Below are positions 9,292-18,768 of a DNA stretch of 64,000 bases, in pieces. Below the pieces are notes generated by a model that saw nothing but the letters and a program-made list of their open reading frames with translations, had not been told where the DNA came from and searched no databases. This stretch comes from Candidatus Gottesmanbacteria bacterium GW2011_GWA2_43_14. GTDB taxonomy: Bacteria > Patescibacteriota > Microgenomatia > 2-02-FULL-39-11. The stretch's first letter is position 1. Every line of letters begins with the position of its first letter. The stretch lies in contig LCFP01000012.1 in the NCBI GenBank assembly GCA_000999095.1, forward strand, positions 68,140 to 132,139. Direction: 5' to 3'. The position numbers were made by a program, and so were the translations under genes.

Positions 9292-9300
9292 TGTTATAAT
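9292..9300 (+). promoter_or_regulatory. Extended -10 promoter of rnpB
   Basis: TGtTATAAT 7 nt before the P1 5' strand. Confidence 0.7.
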
Positions 9301-9307
9301 CCGTCAT

Positions 9308-9739
9308 GCCTGCGGAAGCTAAGATGACTAGTCCGATTCCCGGTTTAACCGGGGCATCGGACAGGAAAGTCCGGACTGCAGAAAGCGGGGGACTCGCGGT
9401 AACGCGTGCCTAGGTACAATTATAGTATCTAGCGGGTGCCTAAAATCGAAAGATTAAGGGACGATGTCCGACGTACGTCGGACTGAGAGAGCCACAGAGA
9501 CGATCTTTTTCCTAAAGCCGTAAGGATATGGAAAAAGGGTGAAACGGGGCAATCCCACCTGCAGCAATCTCCGAATGGGCTGATAAAGACGGACGCTTTC
9601 CCGGAGCCCGAGGATTGAGAGCATTCCGACGTAAAGTCGGAGCGGTTGAGACGACAGAATCGTCATCCCGGTGAGAATCGGGAGAAACCGAGACAAATTG
9701 TCATCGAAATACAGAATCCGGCTTATTACTTCCGCAGGC
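9308..9739 (+). ncRNA. rnpB: RNase P RNA, atypical peripheral helices
   Basis: P1 GCCTGCGGAAG/CTTCCGCAGGC; conserved AGGAAAGTCCGG, GCCACAGAGA, GGTGAAACGG, ACAGAATCCGGCTTA; followed by a T-run. Confidence 0.95.
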
Positions 9740-9797
9740 TTTTTTTTATTCCAATCCCCTCAAACACCTCGGACGGTGAATAGTCCTCCCAGGTGGA

Positions 9798-9879
9798 CGG
9801 AAAATATTGCCAGATTGCTCCAAGTGTGTATAATAGGGATATATTTTCCGGCTGCCCCCAAAAAGGCAGCTTTTTTTAT
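9798..9879 (+). promoter_or_regulatory. Promoter flanked by an inverted repeat, followed by a terminator-like hairpin
   Basis: TTGCCA-16-TATAAT (9807-9834); CGGAAAATAT/ATATTTTCCG repeat; GCTGCC-loop-GGCAGC-T7. Confidence 0.55.
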
Positions 9880-9902
9880 TCCCGAAAGGAGGTGAAAAAT
9901 AT

Positions 9903-10373
9903 ATGCACGATTTAGTAGCATCACTCATGGCTCTTATAGCTACATTCGTTCCGGGTCAAGGCGGCACGCCGCAGACACTGCCTCCGATCGACCAGTCGCA
10001 ATTTGTGGTCAGAGGCCAGCAGATCAGGGATATTGCCCAATCGTTCAATCCTTCATCATCCGGCCAGTCAGGCCCGACAGGCGCAACCGGTGCCGGCAAT
10101 TTATATACTTTGCCGCCCGGTTTCCAAAACAGGTTCGACAGGATTTCGCGGTATTCAGGACCGGTTGGTCCTTCAGGTTTTACGGGACCGACTGGGGCTA
10201 CCGGAGCGACCGCACATCCACCCAACGACCGTTTGCCGGCGGATAACCTTAACAGCCGGATTCACATGCCGGCCCTGATTCCGCAAAATGCCATCGAAAA
10301 TTCTCGGGCACTTGATTTTGCCCAGTGGAATTTCGCCACGCCTCCGGGTAACAGGGGAAGCAGTGGAAAGTAA
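9903..10373 (+). CDS. Hypothetical exported low-complexity protein with short collagen-like Gly-X-Y stretches
   Basis: Strong SD AAGGAGGTGA; GPTGATGAG and GPVGPSGFTGPTGATGAT. Confidence 0.65.
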   Translation: MHDLVASLMALIATFVPGQGGTPQTLPPIDQSQFVVRGQQIRDIAQSFNPSSSGQSGPTGATGAGNLYTLPPGFQNRFDRISRYSGPVGPSGFTGPTGATGATAHPPNDRLPADNLNSRIHMPALIPQNAIENSRALDFAQWNFATPPGNRGSSGK

Positions 10374-10454
10374 GGCCGATATGTGAAATTTGAGCTTTAC
10401 AAAGCTCTAATTTGCATTTCAGGAAGAAATGTATTATTATACAGCCCAATCTAT

Positions 10455-11195
10455 ATGAGAAACACTTTTTGGCGTTTTGTTTTTCTCCTGACTGCCGTTC
10501 TGGCGGTTTTTCCGGTGTCGGTATTGGCCCAGCCGGATTTGCCGAAAGGGTTGGCGGACCGCGGACCATTGACCAGGATTAAGTTCATTCATTACCGCAA
10601 GGCTCTTGCCAAACCATCTTCCCCCGGAAACTCCAAAAAACAAAATTCTTGTTTTAGCTATCTGGGTTCAGGGGCCAAATGGAGGACAGAGGAAGATTAT
10701 TTGGTCAATTTTTCGGGATCCGGACTTGATGAAACAGCTGTTTTGGATGCCGTAACCAAAGGGGAAAGCGAATGGGAAAAATACGGAAGCCAAAATATTT
10801 TCGGCCAGGGCAGAGCGGATGCCTCAGCTATCTATAGTGATGATTTTGACGGACAGAATGTGCTGGCGTTCGGTAATTATCCCGATGCGGGCGTAATTGC
10901 CGTCACCTCAGTCTGGGGATACTTTTCAGGACCTCCCGGCAAGCGGGAACTGGTGGAATGGGATATGCTTTTAAATACCGGTTCATCTTGGCAGTTCGGG
11001 GATGCTCTTAGCGATAGTTCCAAAATGGATTTGCAGAATATCACCACCCATGAATTAGGTCACAGCGCCGGTATGGGTGATCTTTACAGTCTTTCCTGCG
11101 ACCAGGAAACAATGTACGGCTATTCGGCGGAAGGTGAGATAATCAAACGGGACCTCAATCAGGGCGATATAGCCGGCATTTCCAGCCTCTATTAA
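10455..11195 (+). CDS. Secreted matrixin-like (metzincin) metalloprotease
   Basis: Signal peptide; DLQNITTHELGHSAGMGD, Met-turn TMYG, LNQGDIAGISSLY. Confidence 0.85.
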   Translation: MRNTFWRFVFLLTAVLAVFPVSVLAQPDLPKGLADRGPLTRIKFIHYRKALAKPSSPGNSKKQNSCFSYLGSGAKWRTEEDYLVNFSGSGLDETAVLDAVTKGESEWEKYGSQNIFGQGRADASAIYSDDFDGQNVLAFGNYPDAGVIAVTSVWGYFSGPPGKRELVEWDMLLNTGSSWQFGDALSDSSKMDLQNITTHELGHSAGMGDLYSLSCDQETMYGYSAEGEIIKRDLNQGDIAGISSLY

Positions 11196-11226
11196 ATAAG
11201 CTTCCGAAAAAGTTTTCCTAAAATAC

Positions 11227-11256
11227 TTGACAAAGCTATTTGAAGTATTTTAGTAT
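11227..11256 (+). promoter_or_regulatory. Sigma70 promoter
   Basis: TTGACA-18-TAGTAT. Confidence 0.55.
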
Positions 11257-11291
11257 GGAATATAGGTGCAGGCAGGCGCAAAATTAATATT

Positions 11292-11966
11292 ATGAAAAAA
11301 TTTACCTTCCTTTCCGGAGTTTTGGCTACTCCTGTTATTTTTTCCCTTCTTTTTCTGGTAGCTACAGTCAGGGCTGAGCCCTACGGCTGGAGCCCGGATG
11401 TGGACAATTCAGGAGGAGGCCCTCCTTCATGTTCAGACACCAAACCCGACAAAGCACCGATTTTGATGCAGCCGAACCATCCTTTATTGCCGAGAGGCAA
11501 AGCCGGCGAAGTCAGGCTTTTCTGGCACAAAGTGCCGGGGGCGAATAGTTACAATGTCTATTACGGCCTGTCACCGAGTAACTATATCTTTTCAGCCATC
11601 AATATCGGAGACATTGACAATTTCACCGTCGGACAGCTCACCGCCAGGCGGTATTATTTCGCCGTCCAGGCCAGGAATGGCTGTGCCGCCAGTGATTTGT
11701 CAAATGAATGGGCAGGCACACCGGTCGGATTAGGCGGAGGCGTAGGCACGGCTTTAACCTCGGTCAGCAACACCTTCGAGCCTGAACCGACAGTTGTTGA
11801 AGAGGAACCGGAAGCGACTGTGGCGCCAGAAGTCCAGGGATTGACTGAGGAAGTGCCGCCGGTCGAAGAATATCAACCGCCGGCCAATCCGAATCCCTTT
11901 GTTCCGACACCGACACCCAAGCCGTTAAGTTTCTGGCAGAGGCTTTTGAGAATCTTTTTCAGATAA
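11292..11966 (+). CDS. Secreted fibronectin type III domain protein with Pro/Glu-rich tail
   Basis: V.LFW....A.SYNVYYG, L...RYYFAVQARN....SDLSN; amphipathic FWQRLLRIFFR end. Confidence 0.75.
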   Translation: MKKFTFLSGVLATPVIFSLLFLVATVRAEPYGWSPDVDNSGGGPPSCSDTKPDKAPILMQPNHPLLPRGKAGEVRLFWHKVPGANSYNVYYGLSPSNYIFSAINIGDIDNFTVGQLTARRYYFAVQARNGCAASDLSNEWAGTPVGLGGGVGTALTSVSNTFEPEPTVVEEEPEATVAPEVQGLTEEVPPVEEYQPPANPNPFVPTPTPKPLSFWQRLLRIFFR

Positions 11967-11981
11967 AAACAGTAGAGTTAT

Positions 11982-12027
11982 AAAAAAAACGCTACCCCGA
12001 TGGGAATCGGGAGTAGCTTTTTTTTTA
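11982..12027. terminator. Intrinsic terminator, bidirectional
   Basis: A-run, GCTACCCCGA/TCGGGAGTAGC hairpin, T-run. Confidence 0.85.
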
Positions 12028-12060
12028 GCCTGATGATTATAATATAGGCTATTCTATTTT

Positions 12061-13356
12061 ATGGGCATTATCAGGAAGATCACGTCACATAAACTTATCA
12101 GGGGCAGTTTCCTGGTTTTTTTGGCGTCCAATTTCGTCAATTTCGGCAACTTCCTCTTCAATCTCCTGATGGCCAGGCTTTTACCCAAGGAAGTCTACGG
12201 TGAGATGGGCGCTCTGTTTTCTCTGTCGATGATGGTCGGCATACCTTTATCCGTCTTCAACATTTATATCATCAAAATCGTTTCCGCCCTTTACGGTAAA
12301 AAGGATTATCCGAAAATCCGTTACCTGCGCTCTTTTATTTTCCCCAGGATTGTGGCCGTCTCGCTTCTGCTTTTTGCCCTGATTGCGGTAAATAGCCTCT
12401 TTCTGGCGGGCTTTCTGAAGCTTTCCTCATCAGTACCATTGATCATTATCGGCTTCAACATTCTTTTGGGCGGCCTTTCGGCCATAAACGGAGCAGTCCT
12501 TACAGGCATGCTGGCCTTTTCATATTCGGCTCTAAACGGCGCGGTGGAAGTCATCCTCAAGCTGCTGCTGTCCGTTTTCCTGGTTTTTTCAGGTTTCGGC
12601 TTGTACGGGGCGCTTCTGGGAGTTTCGATAAGCGCTTTTGCCCGCCTGCTTATGTCATCCTGGGAATTGAAGAAACTTGTTCCTGCAACTAGTGTCAAAC
12701 AATTTCAATTCAGCCGTTTGAAGGATATCGTGCCGGTTGTTTTGACCATGCTGATCTTGGTTTCGTTTCTGAATATCGATATTTTACTGGTCAGGCATTT
12801 TTTCAGCCCCGCCCGCGCCGGTGAATACGTTGCCCTCACCACAATCTCAAAGACCATTCTCTATGCCACCGGGCCTCTTATTACCGTCATGTTTCCGGTT
12901 ATCTCAAACAGGAAAAGCAGCGGCCTGCCGTATCTTCTGCCTCTTCTGGGCTGTCTTTTCGGATCAGCCCTGATTTCGCTTTTAGTCATTATGCTCTTTT
13001 CCATTTTCCCGGATTTTGTGGTCGGCATTCTTTTCGGAGGCAGATATGCCACGATCATTCCCTATATGGTTTATGCTGCCTTCTTTATGGCTGTTTTTAC
13101 TTTGAACGATATCCTGACTTATTTTCTGCTCTCGGCCTCATTTCATAGGTATATCTATATTCTGGCTTTGTTTCCGATCACCCAGGCTGTATTGATATTC
13201 CTGTTCCACGGCAATATCCGGACCGTCATCATGGTCAATATTTCCGTCAGCCTGCTGTATTTGTTGTCAGCTTTGATTATGATCTGGCGTAGTGAAGCGA
13301 AAAATCTTAAAATACTCTTTGCCAGGTACCTGCCGGCCCCCTTTTTCAATGAATGA
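12061..13356 (+). CDS. Oligosaccharide flippase (Wzx-like, MOP superfamily)
   Basis: ~12 TM; LLMARLL..E.YG and NIDILLVRHF....AGEY motifs; first gene of the glycan cluster. Confidence 0.85.
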   Translation: MGIIRKITSHKLIRGSFLVFLASNFVNFGNFLFNLLMARLLPKEVYGEMGALFSLSMMVGIPLSVFNIYIIKIVSALYGKKDYPKIRYLRSFIFPRIVAVSLLLFALIAVNSLFLAGFLKLSSSVPLIIIGFNILLGGLSAINGAVLTGMLAFSYSALNGAVEVILKLLLSVFLVFSGFGLYGALLGVSISAFARLLMSSWELKKLVPATSVKQFQFSRLKDIVPVVLTMLILVSFLNIDILLVRHFFSPARAGEYVALTTISKTILYATGPLITVMFPVISNRKSSGLPYLLPLLGCLFGSALISLLVIMLFSIFPDFVVGILFGGRYATIIPYMVYAAFFMAVFTLNDILTYFLLSASFHRYIYILALFPITQAVLIFLFHGNIRTVIMVNISVSLLYLLSALIMIWRSEAKNLKILFARYLPAPFFNE

Positions 13357-14107
13357 CAACAATAAACATAAACTATCGGTCATTATTCCGGCATACCGCC
13401 AGGCCAGGACAATCGTTACGGATATCAGGAATATCGAGTCGACGCTGAAAAAAATCCGCTATCCGTTCGAAATTATCGCCGTTGTTGACGGTTACGGGGA
13501 CGGCACCTACAGGCAACTGAAAAAAATTCTTTCACCGACTGTCAAAGCCACCGTTTACATGAAAAACCAGGGCAAAGGCCACGCCGTCAGGATCGGCATG
13601 GAGAAGGCGACAGGGGACTATGTGGCATTCATGGACGCCGGCAGGGAGATAGACCCCAACGGTATCTCCATGCTTCTGGAGCACATGGAATGGTACAATG
13701 CTGACATAATTGTCGGGTCCAAGAGGCATCCGGTCTCTTATGTCAACTATCCTCTGACTAGAAGAATTTTAAGCAGAGGTTACCAGTATATTATCTGGGC
13801 GTTGTTCCGGCTAAATGTGCGTGACACCCAGGCGGGCTTGAAAATCTTCAAAAGAAAAGTCCTAAAAAAAGTCCTGCCCAAACTTCTGGTTAAACAGTAT
13901 GCTTTCGATCTGGAAATGTTGGTAGTTGCCCGCCATCTGGGTTATAAACGAATCTTCGAAGCTCCCATCAAGCTAAAATATAATTTCTATTCAATGACCC
14001 GTGCTTCAAATATGCGAGCAATATATGGAATTTGGATTGATACTATGGCTATTTTTTACCGATTGTACATACTAAAATATTACGATCGGAAATCTATCAC
14101 TAAATGA
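13349..14107 (+). CDS. GT2 glycosyltransferase, polyprenol-phosphate sugar synthase-like
   Basis: LSVIIPAY, VVDG..DGT, NQGKG.AV..G, DTQAGLKIF, FDLEML. Confidence 0.85.
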   Translation: MNDNNKHKLSVIIPAYRQARTIVTDIRNIESTLKKIRYPFEIIAVVDGYGDGTYRQLKKILSPTVKATVYMKNQGKGHAVRIGMEKATGDYVAFMDAGREIDPNGISMLLEHMEWYNADIIVGSKRHPVSYVNYPLTRRILSRGYQYIIWALFRLNVRDTQAGLKIFKRKVLKKVLPKLLVKQYAFDLEMLVVARHLGYKRIFEAPIKLKYNFYSMTRASNMRAIYGIWIDTMAIFYRLYILKYYDRKSITK

Positions 14108-15084
14108 CTTTAGAGCGCTTCAAATTTTCTGTAATTATCCCCTTTAAAAGTATAAATCCTTACGTACAGCAATGTCTCAATCACCTCAAGAAACAAAGCT
14201 ACCAGAATTTCGAAATTATCCTATTGCCTGATAAAAAGGAAAAAATTATTTATAAAAATGTTATATCTTTAGCTACAGGTTCTATTGGTCCTGCAGAAAA
14301 AAGAGATCTCGGTGCAAAAAAGGCAAGAGGAGAAATTCTGGCTTTTATTGACGATGATGCATATCCTCATCGGGATTGGCTGAAAAATTCTCTTAGTACA
14401 TTAAAAAATAAGAATGTGGCAGCGGTATGTGGGCCCGGGGTGACTCCTCGTGAAGATGATATCTTTAGACAGGCAGGAGGTTGGGTTAATTCACTCTGGT
14501 TTGGTTCAGGTGGAGCGGGTACATATCGTTTTATTCCTCAAAAAGAAAGGTCGGTTGATGATTATCCTTCGATGAATTTTATTGTCAGAAAGGTCGATTT
14601 TGATAAAGTAGGAGGTTTTAATACTCATTATTGGCCGGGAGAAGATACAAAATTATGTCTGGATTTAGTTTATAACTTAAAGAAGAAAATAATTTATCAG
14701 CCAAAAGTATTGGTTTATCACCACCGGAAACCCCTTTTTTTGCCTCATTTGAAACAGGTTTCCCGTTTCGCCATCCACCGTGGATATTTTGCCAGGGTTT
14801 TTCCTCAAACCTCATTAAGGTTCGGATACCTTATTCCTACGCTTTTTGTGTTGTTTTTGATTGTTGGGTTTTTTCTATCATTATTCTTTAAATCCCTTTC
14901 GCCATTGTACCTGATAAGTATAGGTGCCTATCTATCTGTCTTGACCATTAATATGGTCTATGTTATGGTAAAATCACGCAATATTTTAACAGGAGTTTTA
15001 ACGGGTACAGGTATTTTCTTGACCCATATATTCTATGGTATTCTTTTTCCATTAGGATTTCTGAAAAAAAATCTTAAACAATGA
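14104..15084 (+). CDS. GT2 glycosyltransferase with C-terminal TM helices
   Basis: FSVIIP, AFIDDDA, GGF....PGED. Confidence 0.85.
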   Translation: MTLERFKFSVIIPFKSINPYVQQCLNHLKKQSYQNFEIILLPDKKEKIIYKNVISLATGSIGPAEKRDLGAKKARGEILAFIDDDAYPHRDWLKNSLSTLKNKNVAAVCGPGVTPREDDIFRQAGGWVNSLWFGSGGAGTYRFIPQKERSVDDYPSMNFIVRKVDFDKVGGFNTHYWPGEDTKLCLDLVYNLKKKIIYQPKVLVYHHRKPLFLPHLKQVSRFAIHRGYFARVFPQTSLRFGYLIPTLFVLFLIVGFFLSLFFKSLSPLYLISIGAYLSVLTINMVYVMVKSRNILTGVLTGTGIFLTHIFYGILFPLGFLKKNLKQ

Positions 15085-16607
15085 AAATAGCCATATCGTA
15101 TCCTTCAATTGATACCAGTAAAGGAGTTCCACTGCTTTCCCAAAACCGCCAGTTCCAGTATTTCAATAATCCTACCTATATTTATCCGGTCGTTCCTGCC
15201 TACGCCGCTACAATGTTAAAAGAGGCAGGATACAAAGTAGCTTGGCTGGATGCTATTGCCGAAAGATGGCAGTTGTCAAAATATCTCGAGGAGTTGGAAA
15301 GAAGCCAGGCTGATATTCTGGCAATCGAAAGTAAAACACCGACTATCAAGCCATTCTGGAAAATCATCGATGATCTTAAAAAATTTTTCCCCAAGTTAAA
15401 AATAGTGCTTATGGGGGATCATGTCACGGCCATGCCTCTGGAATCGATGGAGAATTCAAAAGTTGATTTTGTCCTAACGGGAGGAGATTTCGATTTTGCT
15501 TTATTAAATCTGGTTAATTTTCTAAGTAAAAAAGTTAAATATTTGGAACCGGGTGTATATTACCGGGATAAAAAAGGGAAAATTTTAGACAGCGGACATT
15601 TCAAGCTCGATCACACACTGAAGAATCTGCCGCTGATTGACAGGGAACTAACACGGTGGTGGCTTTATGCCTATGCAAATGGCAATTTTAAATATACACC
15701 GGGGACCTATACCATGATCGGCCGGGACTGCTGGTGGCGACGACCATCAAGTGAAGGCGGTCACGGCTGCACTTTTTGCTCCTGGACTTCCACATTTCCC
15801 ACCTGGAGGGTTGGTACTCCGAAAATGTTGTTAAAAGAGGTAAAAAATTGTTTGAAGCTTGGTATTAGAGAGATATTTGATGATACCGGCACTTTTCCTA
15901 TTGGTCCCTGGTTGAAGGAATTTTGTGAGGGTATGATTGATAAGGGTTACCACAAAAAAATTAAAATCGGCTGCAATATGAGAGCTAATGGTATTAAAGA
16001 TCAGAGTACCTATGATTTGATGGGTAAAGCCGGCTTCCGCTTTATTCTCTATGGTCTTGAATCAGCTTCTCAAAACACTCTTGACCGTCTTAACAAAGGC
16101 ACTATACCGGCTGATATGGTGACGGGTGCAAAAATGGCCAGCAAAGCAAGATTAGAGCCACATGTGACCTGTATGGTCGGCTACCCCTGGGAATCAAAAG
16201 AAGAAGCGGAAACAACGGTAGCCAGAACAAAGGAATTATTTAATAAAGGCTGGATAAATACCCTGCAGGCGACAATTGTCATTCCGTACCCCGGTACGGC
16301 GCTTTTCAGGGAGTGCGAAAAAAATAAATGGCTAAAGACTAGGGATTGGAACAGATACGACATGAGAGAGCCGATCATGAAATCTCCTATTCCGGATGCA
16401 GAAATCATGGAACTTACCCAGAAAATTTACACTTCATTTTTGACACCGCGTTACATTTTAAGAAAGCTTTCATCCATCAGGTCTATGGATGACGTTAATT
16501 ATTATATTTTCCGCGGAGGCAAATACATTTGGGGTCACCTGAAAGACTTTGCAAAATCCCAATTATTGAAAAAGTCACATCCCACTTTAACTCCTAGCCT
16601 CAATTAA
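15081..16607 (+). CDS. Cobalamin-binding-domain radical SAM protein
   Basis: N-terminal B12-binding-like region; C-X12-C-X2-C; GLESASQNTL, MVGYPWES, PYPGTAL. Confidence 0.85.
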   Translation: MKIAISYPSIDTSKGVPLLSQNRQFQYFNNPTYIYPVVPAYAATMLKEAGYKVAWLDAIAERWQLSKYLEELERSQADILAIESKTPTIKPFWKIIDDLKKFFPKLKIVLMGDHVTAMPLESMENSKVDFVLTGGDFDFALLNLVNFLSKKVKYLEPGVYYRDKKGKILDSGHFKLDHTLKNLPLIDRELTRWWLYAYANGNFKYTPGTYTMIGRDCWWRRPSSEGGHGCTFCSWTSTFPTWRVGTPKMLLKEVKNCLKLGIREIFDDTGTFPIGPWLKEFCEGMIDKGYHKKIKIGCNMRANGIKDQSTYDLMGKAGFRFILYGLESASQNTLDRLNKGTIPADMVTGAKMASKARLEPHVTCMVGYPWESKEEAETTVARTKELFNKGWINTLQATIVIPYPGTALFRECEKNKWLKTRDWNRYDMREPIMKSPIPDAEIMELTQKIYTSFLTPRYILRKLSSIRSMDDVNYYIFRGGKYIWGHLKDFAKSQLLKKSHPTLTPSLN

Positions 16608-16664
16608 TTAGAATACGTTAGTTGTTTCTGCTACCATGGTGAAAACAATAACTGATGTATTACT

Positions 16665-17543
16665 ATGTTTATAAATCATATCAATCCATTCATTTCCATA
16701 ATTATACCGACATATAATTCAGAAAAAGTACTCCCATTGACTTTACAGAGTATTAAATATCAGGATTATCAGCGGAATAGAATGGAAATTATCATAGTTG
16801 ATAATAAAAGTACTGATTACACAATACGGATAGCTAAAAAGTTTAATAGTAAAGTACTTTTTGTTGACGGAAAACCACCGCAAGTATGTCTCCAGAGAAA
16901 TTTAGGGGCAAGAAAGGCAAAAGGGGAATATCTATTTTTCTTGGATCATGACATGGAGCTGTCAAAGAATTTGCTTAAAAATTTTTTAATAAAAGTAAAA
17001 AAGTCAAATAATCAAATTGATGCCTGGTATATACCAGAAAAAATACATGGAAATAATTCAGTTATCAGCAAGATAAGAACATTCGAAAGAAGCTTTTATA
17101 ATGGGACGGTAATTGACGCTACCAGGATTATTAAAAAGAAAAAATTTTGGGATACTAATGACAAATATGATGTTTCTTTGTCCGGAGGGCCGGCAGATTG
17201 GGATTTGGATATTCAGTTAAACCTACTGAACTGTAAATTTGGAATTTTAAATGATTTTATTACCCATCACGAGGAAAGCCTTCATTTTTGGCAGTATATT
17301 TTTAAGAAAACAAAATATTTAAAAGGAATAAACATTTATAAAAAAAAATGGGAGAAAAAAAATAATTTGGTCCAGAATAAGGTTTTGCAAAAACAGTTTG
17401 GTTTTAATTATAGGTATATTGAAGTATTCCTTGAAAACAAAAAATGGAAAAAATTAATTTCACAACCGCATCTTACGATTGGAATGTATTTTTTAAGACT
17501 TCTTATCGGATTGAATTATTTGTTAAATGTTGTGAAGAAATAA
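16665..17543 (+). CDS. GT2 glycosyltransferase
   Basis: ISIIIPTYNS, IIVDNKSTDYT, FLDHD. Confidence 0.85.
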   Translation: MFINHINPFISIIIPTYNSEKVLPLTLQSIKYQDYQRNRMEIIIVDNKSTDYTIRIAKKFNSKVLFVDGKPPQVCLQRNLGARKAKGEYLFFLDHDMELSKNLLKNFLIKVKKSNNQIDAWYIPEKIHGNNSVISKIRTFERSFYNGTVIDATRIIKKKKFWDTNDKYDVSLSGGPADWDLDIQLNLLNCKFGILNDFITHHEESLHFWQYIFKKTKYLKGINIYKKKWEKKNNLVQNKVLQKQFGFNYRYIEVFLENKKWKKLISQPHLTIGMYFLRLLIGLNYLLNVVKK

Positions 17544-17547
17544 TTCT

Positions 17548-18741
17548 ATGAAAGTTCTTTTAATAACTCCGACTTTTTTTCCCGATGTCGGCGGGGTAGA
17601 AACTATGCTTCTGAGATTTTGCGATTATTTAGTGAAAAAAAGAATTTATACTGAGGTGATTACGTTTAATCCATTATTTACGGTTAAGTCAACTCCGATA
17701 AGGGAAATATCCAATAAATATCTTACTATTATCAGAATTCCCTGGCTTGGATATGGATTGTTTAATGTTTTTGAGAAATATCCTATTATCCAGTTTTTTT
17801 ACCTGGTTCCGGCATTGACATTAACAACCTTGTTTTACTTGATGTTCAATAAATCTCGTCCGCGTATCATTCATGCCTTTGGATTATCCGCTGCTTTTGC
17901 AGGAGGAATCGTTTCTAGAATTTTAAAAATTGCCAATATAACAGATTTATGTACGGTTTATAGACTACCTCAGCGTCCTATACTTGCTTTATTTGTGAAA
18001 AGGATACTTGGTTGGAGTAATTATATTAGGGCTAATAATCCAAAAGGAAAAGAAGAATTAATAAAAATTGGCCTGAATGCTCAAAAAATCGGAATTATTA
18101 GTCCTCCAGTTGACGAATCGCTTTTTAGGCCAATGTCCAAAATTAAGGTAAGAAAAAAGCTTGGGTTAACACAAAATAAATTTATAGCTTTGTTTGTAGG
18201 ACGAATGGTAGAAAGTAAGAATGTTGATTTAGCAGTAAAAATTACTTCATTAATACACGACCGGAATATAATATTTATATTTATTGGAGAGGGACCTTTA
18301 CAGTATATGGTGGAGAAAATAGCAAAAAAAGATAAAAGGGTTAAGTATATGAGTAATGTTAGATATGAGGATTTAGTATATTATTATAATACTGCCGACA
18401 TACTTTTGTGTGCAGCAGTAGATGAAAAACTATTATCATTTGTTGGGCGGGAAGCTCTAATGTGTGGTTTACCAATTCTTGCTCCCAATGTTGGGAATTA
18501 TTTTGGAATTTCATACAAAATTAATAAGAATTTAGTTCCTTCACGGGTTGGTAAACTTATTCATCCACAACCAAAAGAATTTGCCCGTTATCTTGAAAAA
18601 TTAATTATTTATAAAAAAAGAAATAATAAAATTCCTTTTTCAAAAGATGATTGTAGGAAACATGCACTTGAAAATTATTCATCAAGTGCACTTAATTGGA
18701 TTGGTGATATTTATAAAACAATTGAGTCTAATAAATTTTAA
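17548..18741 (+). CDS. GT4 glycosyltransferase
   Basis: TFFPDVGGVE, LFVGRMVESKNV, EALMCGLPI. Confidence 0.85.
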   Translation: MKVLLITPTFFPDVGGVETMLLRFCDYLVKKRIYTEVITFNPLFTVKSTPIREISNKYLTIIRIPWLGYGLFNVFEKYPIIQFFYLVPALTLTTLFYLMFNKSRPRIIHAFGLSAAFAGGIVSRILKIANITDLCTVYRLPQRPILALFVKRILGWSNYIRANNPKGKEELIKIGLNAQKIGIISPPVDESLFRPMSKIKVRKKLGLTQNKFIALFVGRMVESKNVDLAVKITSLIHDRNIIFIFIGEGPLQYMVEKIAKKDKRVKYMSNVRYEDLVYYYNTADILLCAAVDEKLLSFVGREALMCGLPILAPNVGNYFGISYKINKNLVPSRVGKLIHPQPKEFARYLEKLIIYKKRNNKIPFSKDDCRKHALENYSSSALNWIGDIYKTIESNKF

Positions 18742-18768
18742 ATTTATTAATCGAGATAGACACTGATA

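Noticed and set aside
9454-9696. Short ORFs overlapping 9300-9900
   Set aside because: Coincide with the RNase P RNA and a regulatory spacer
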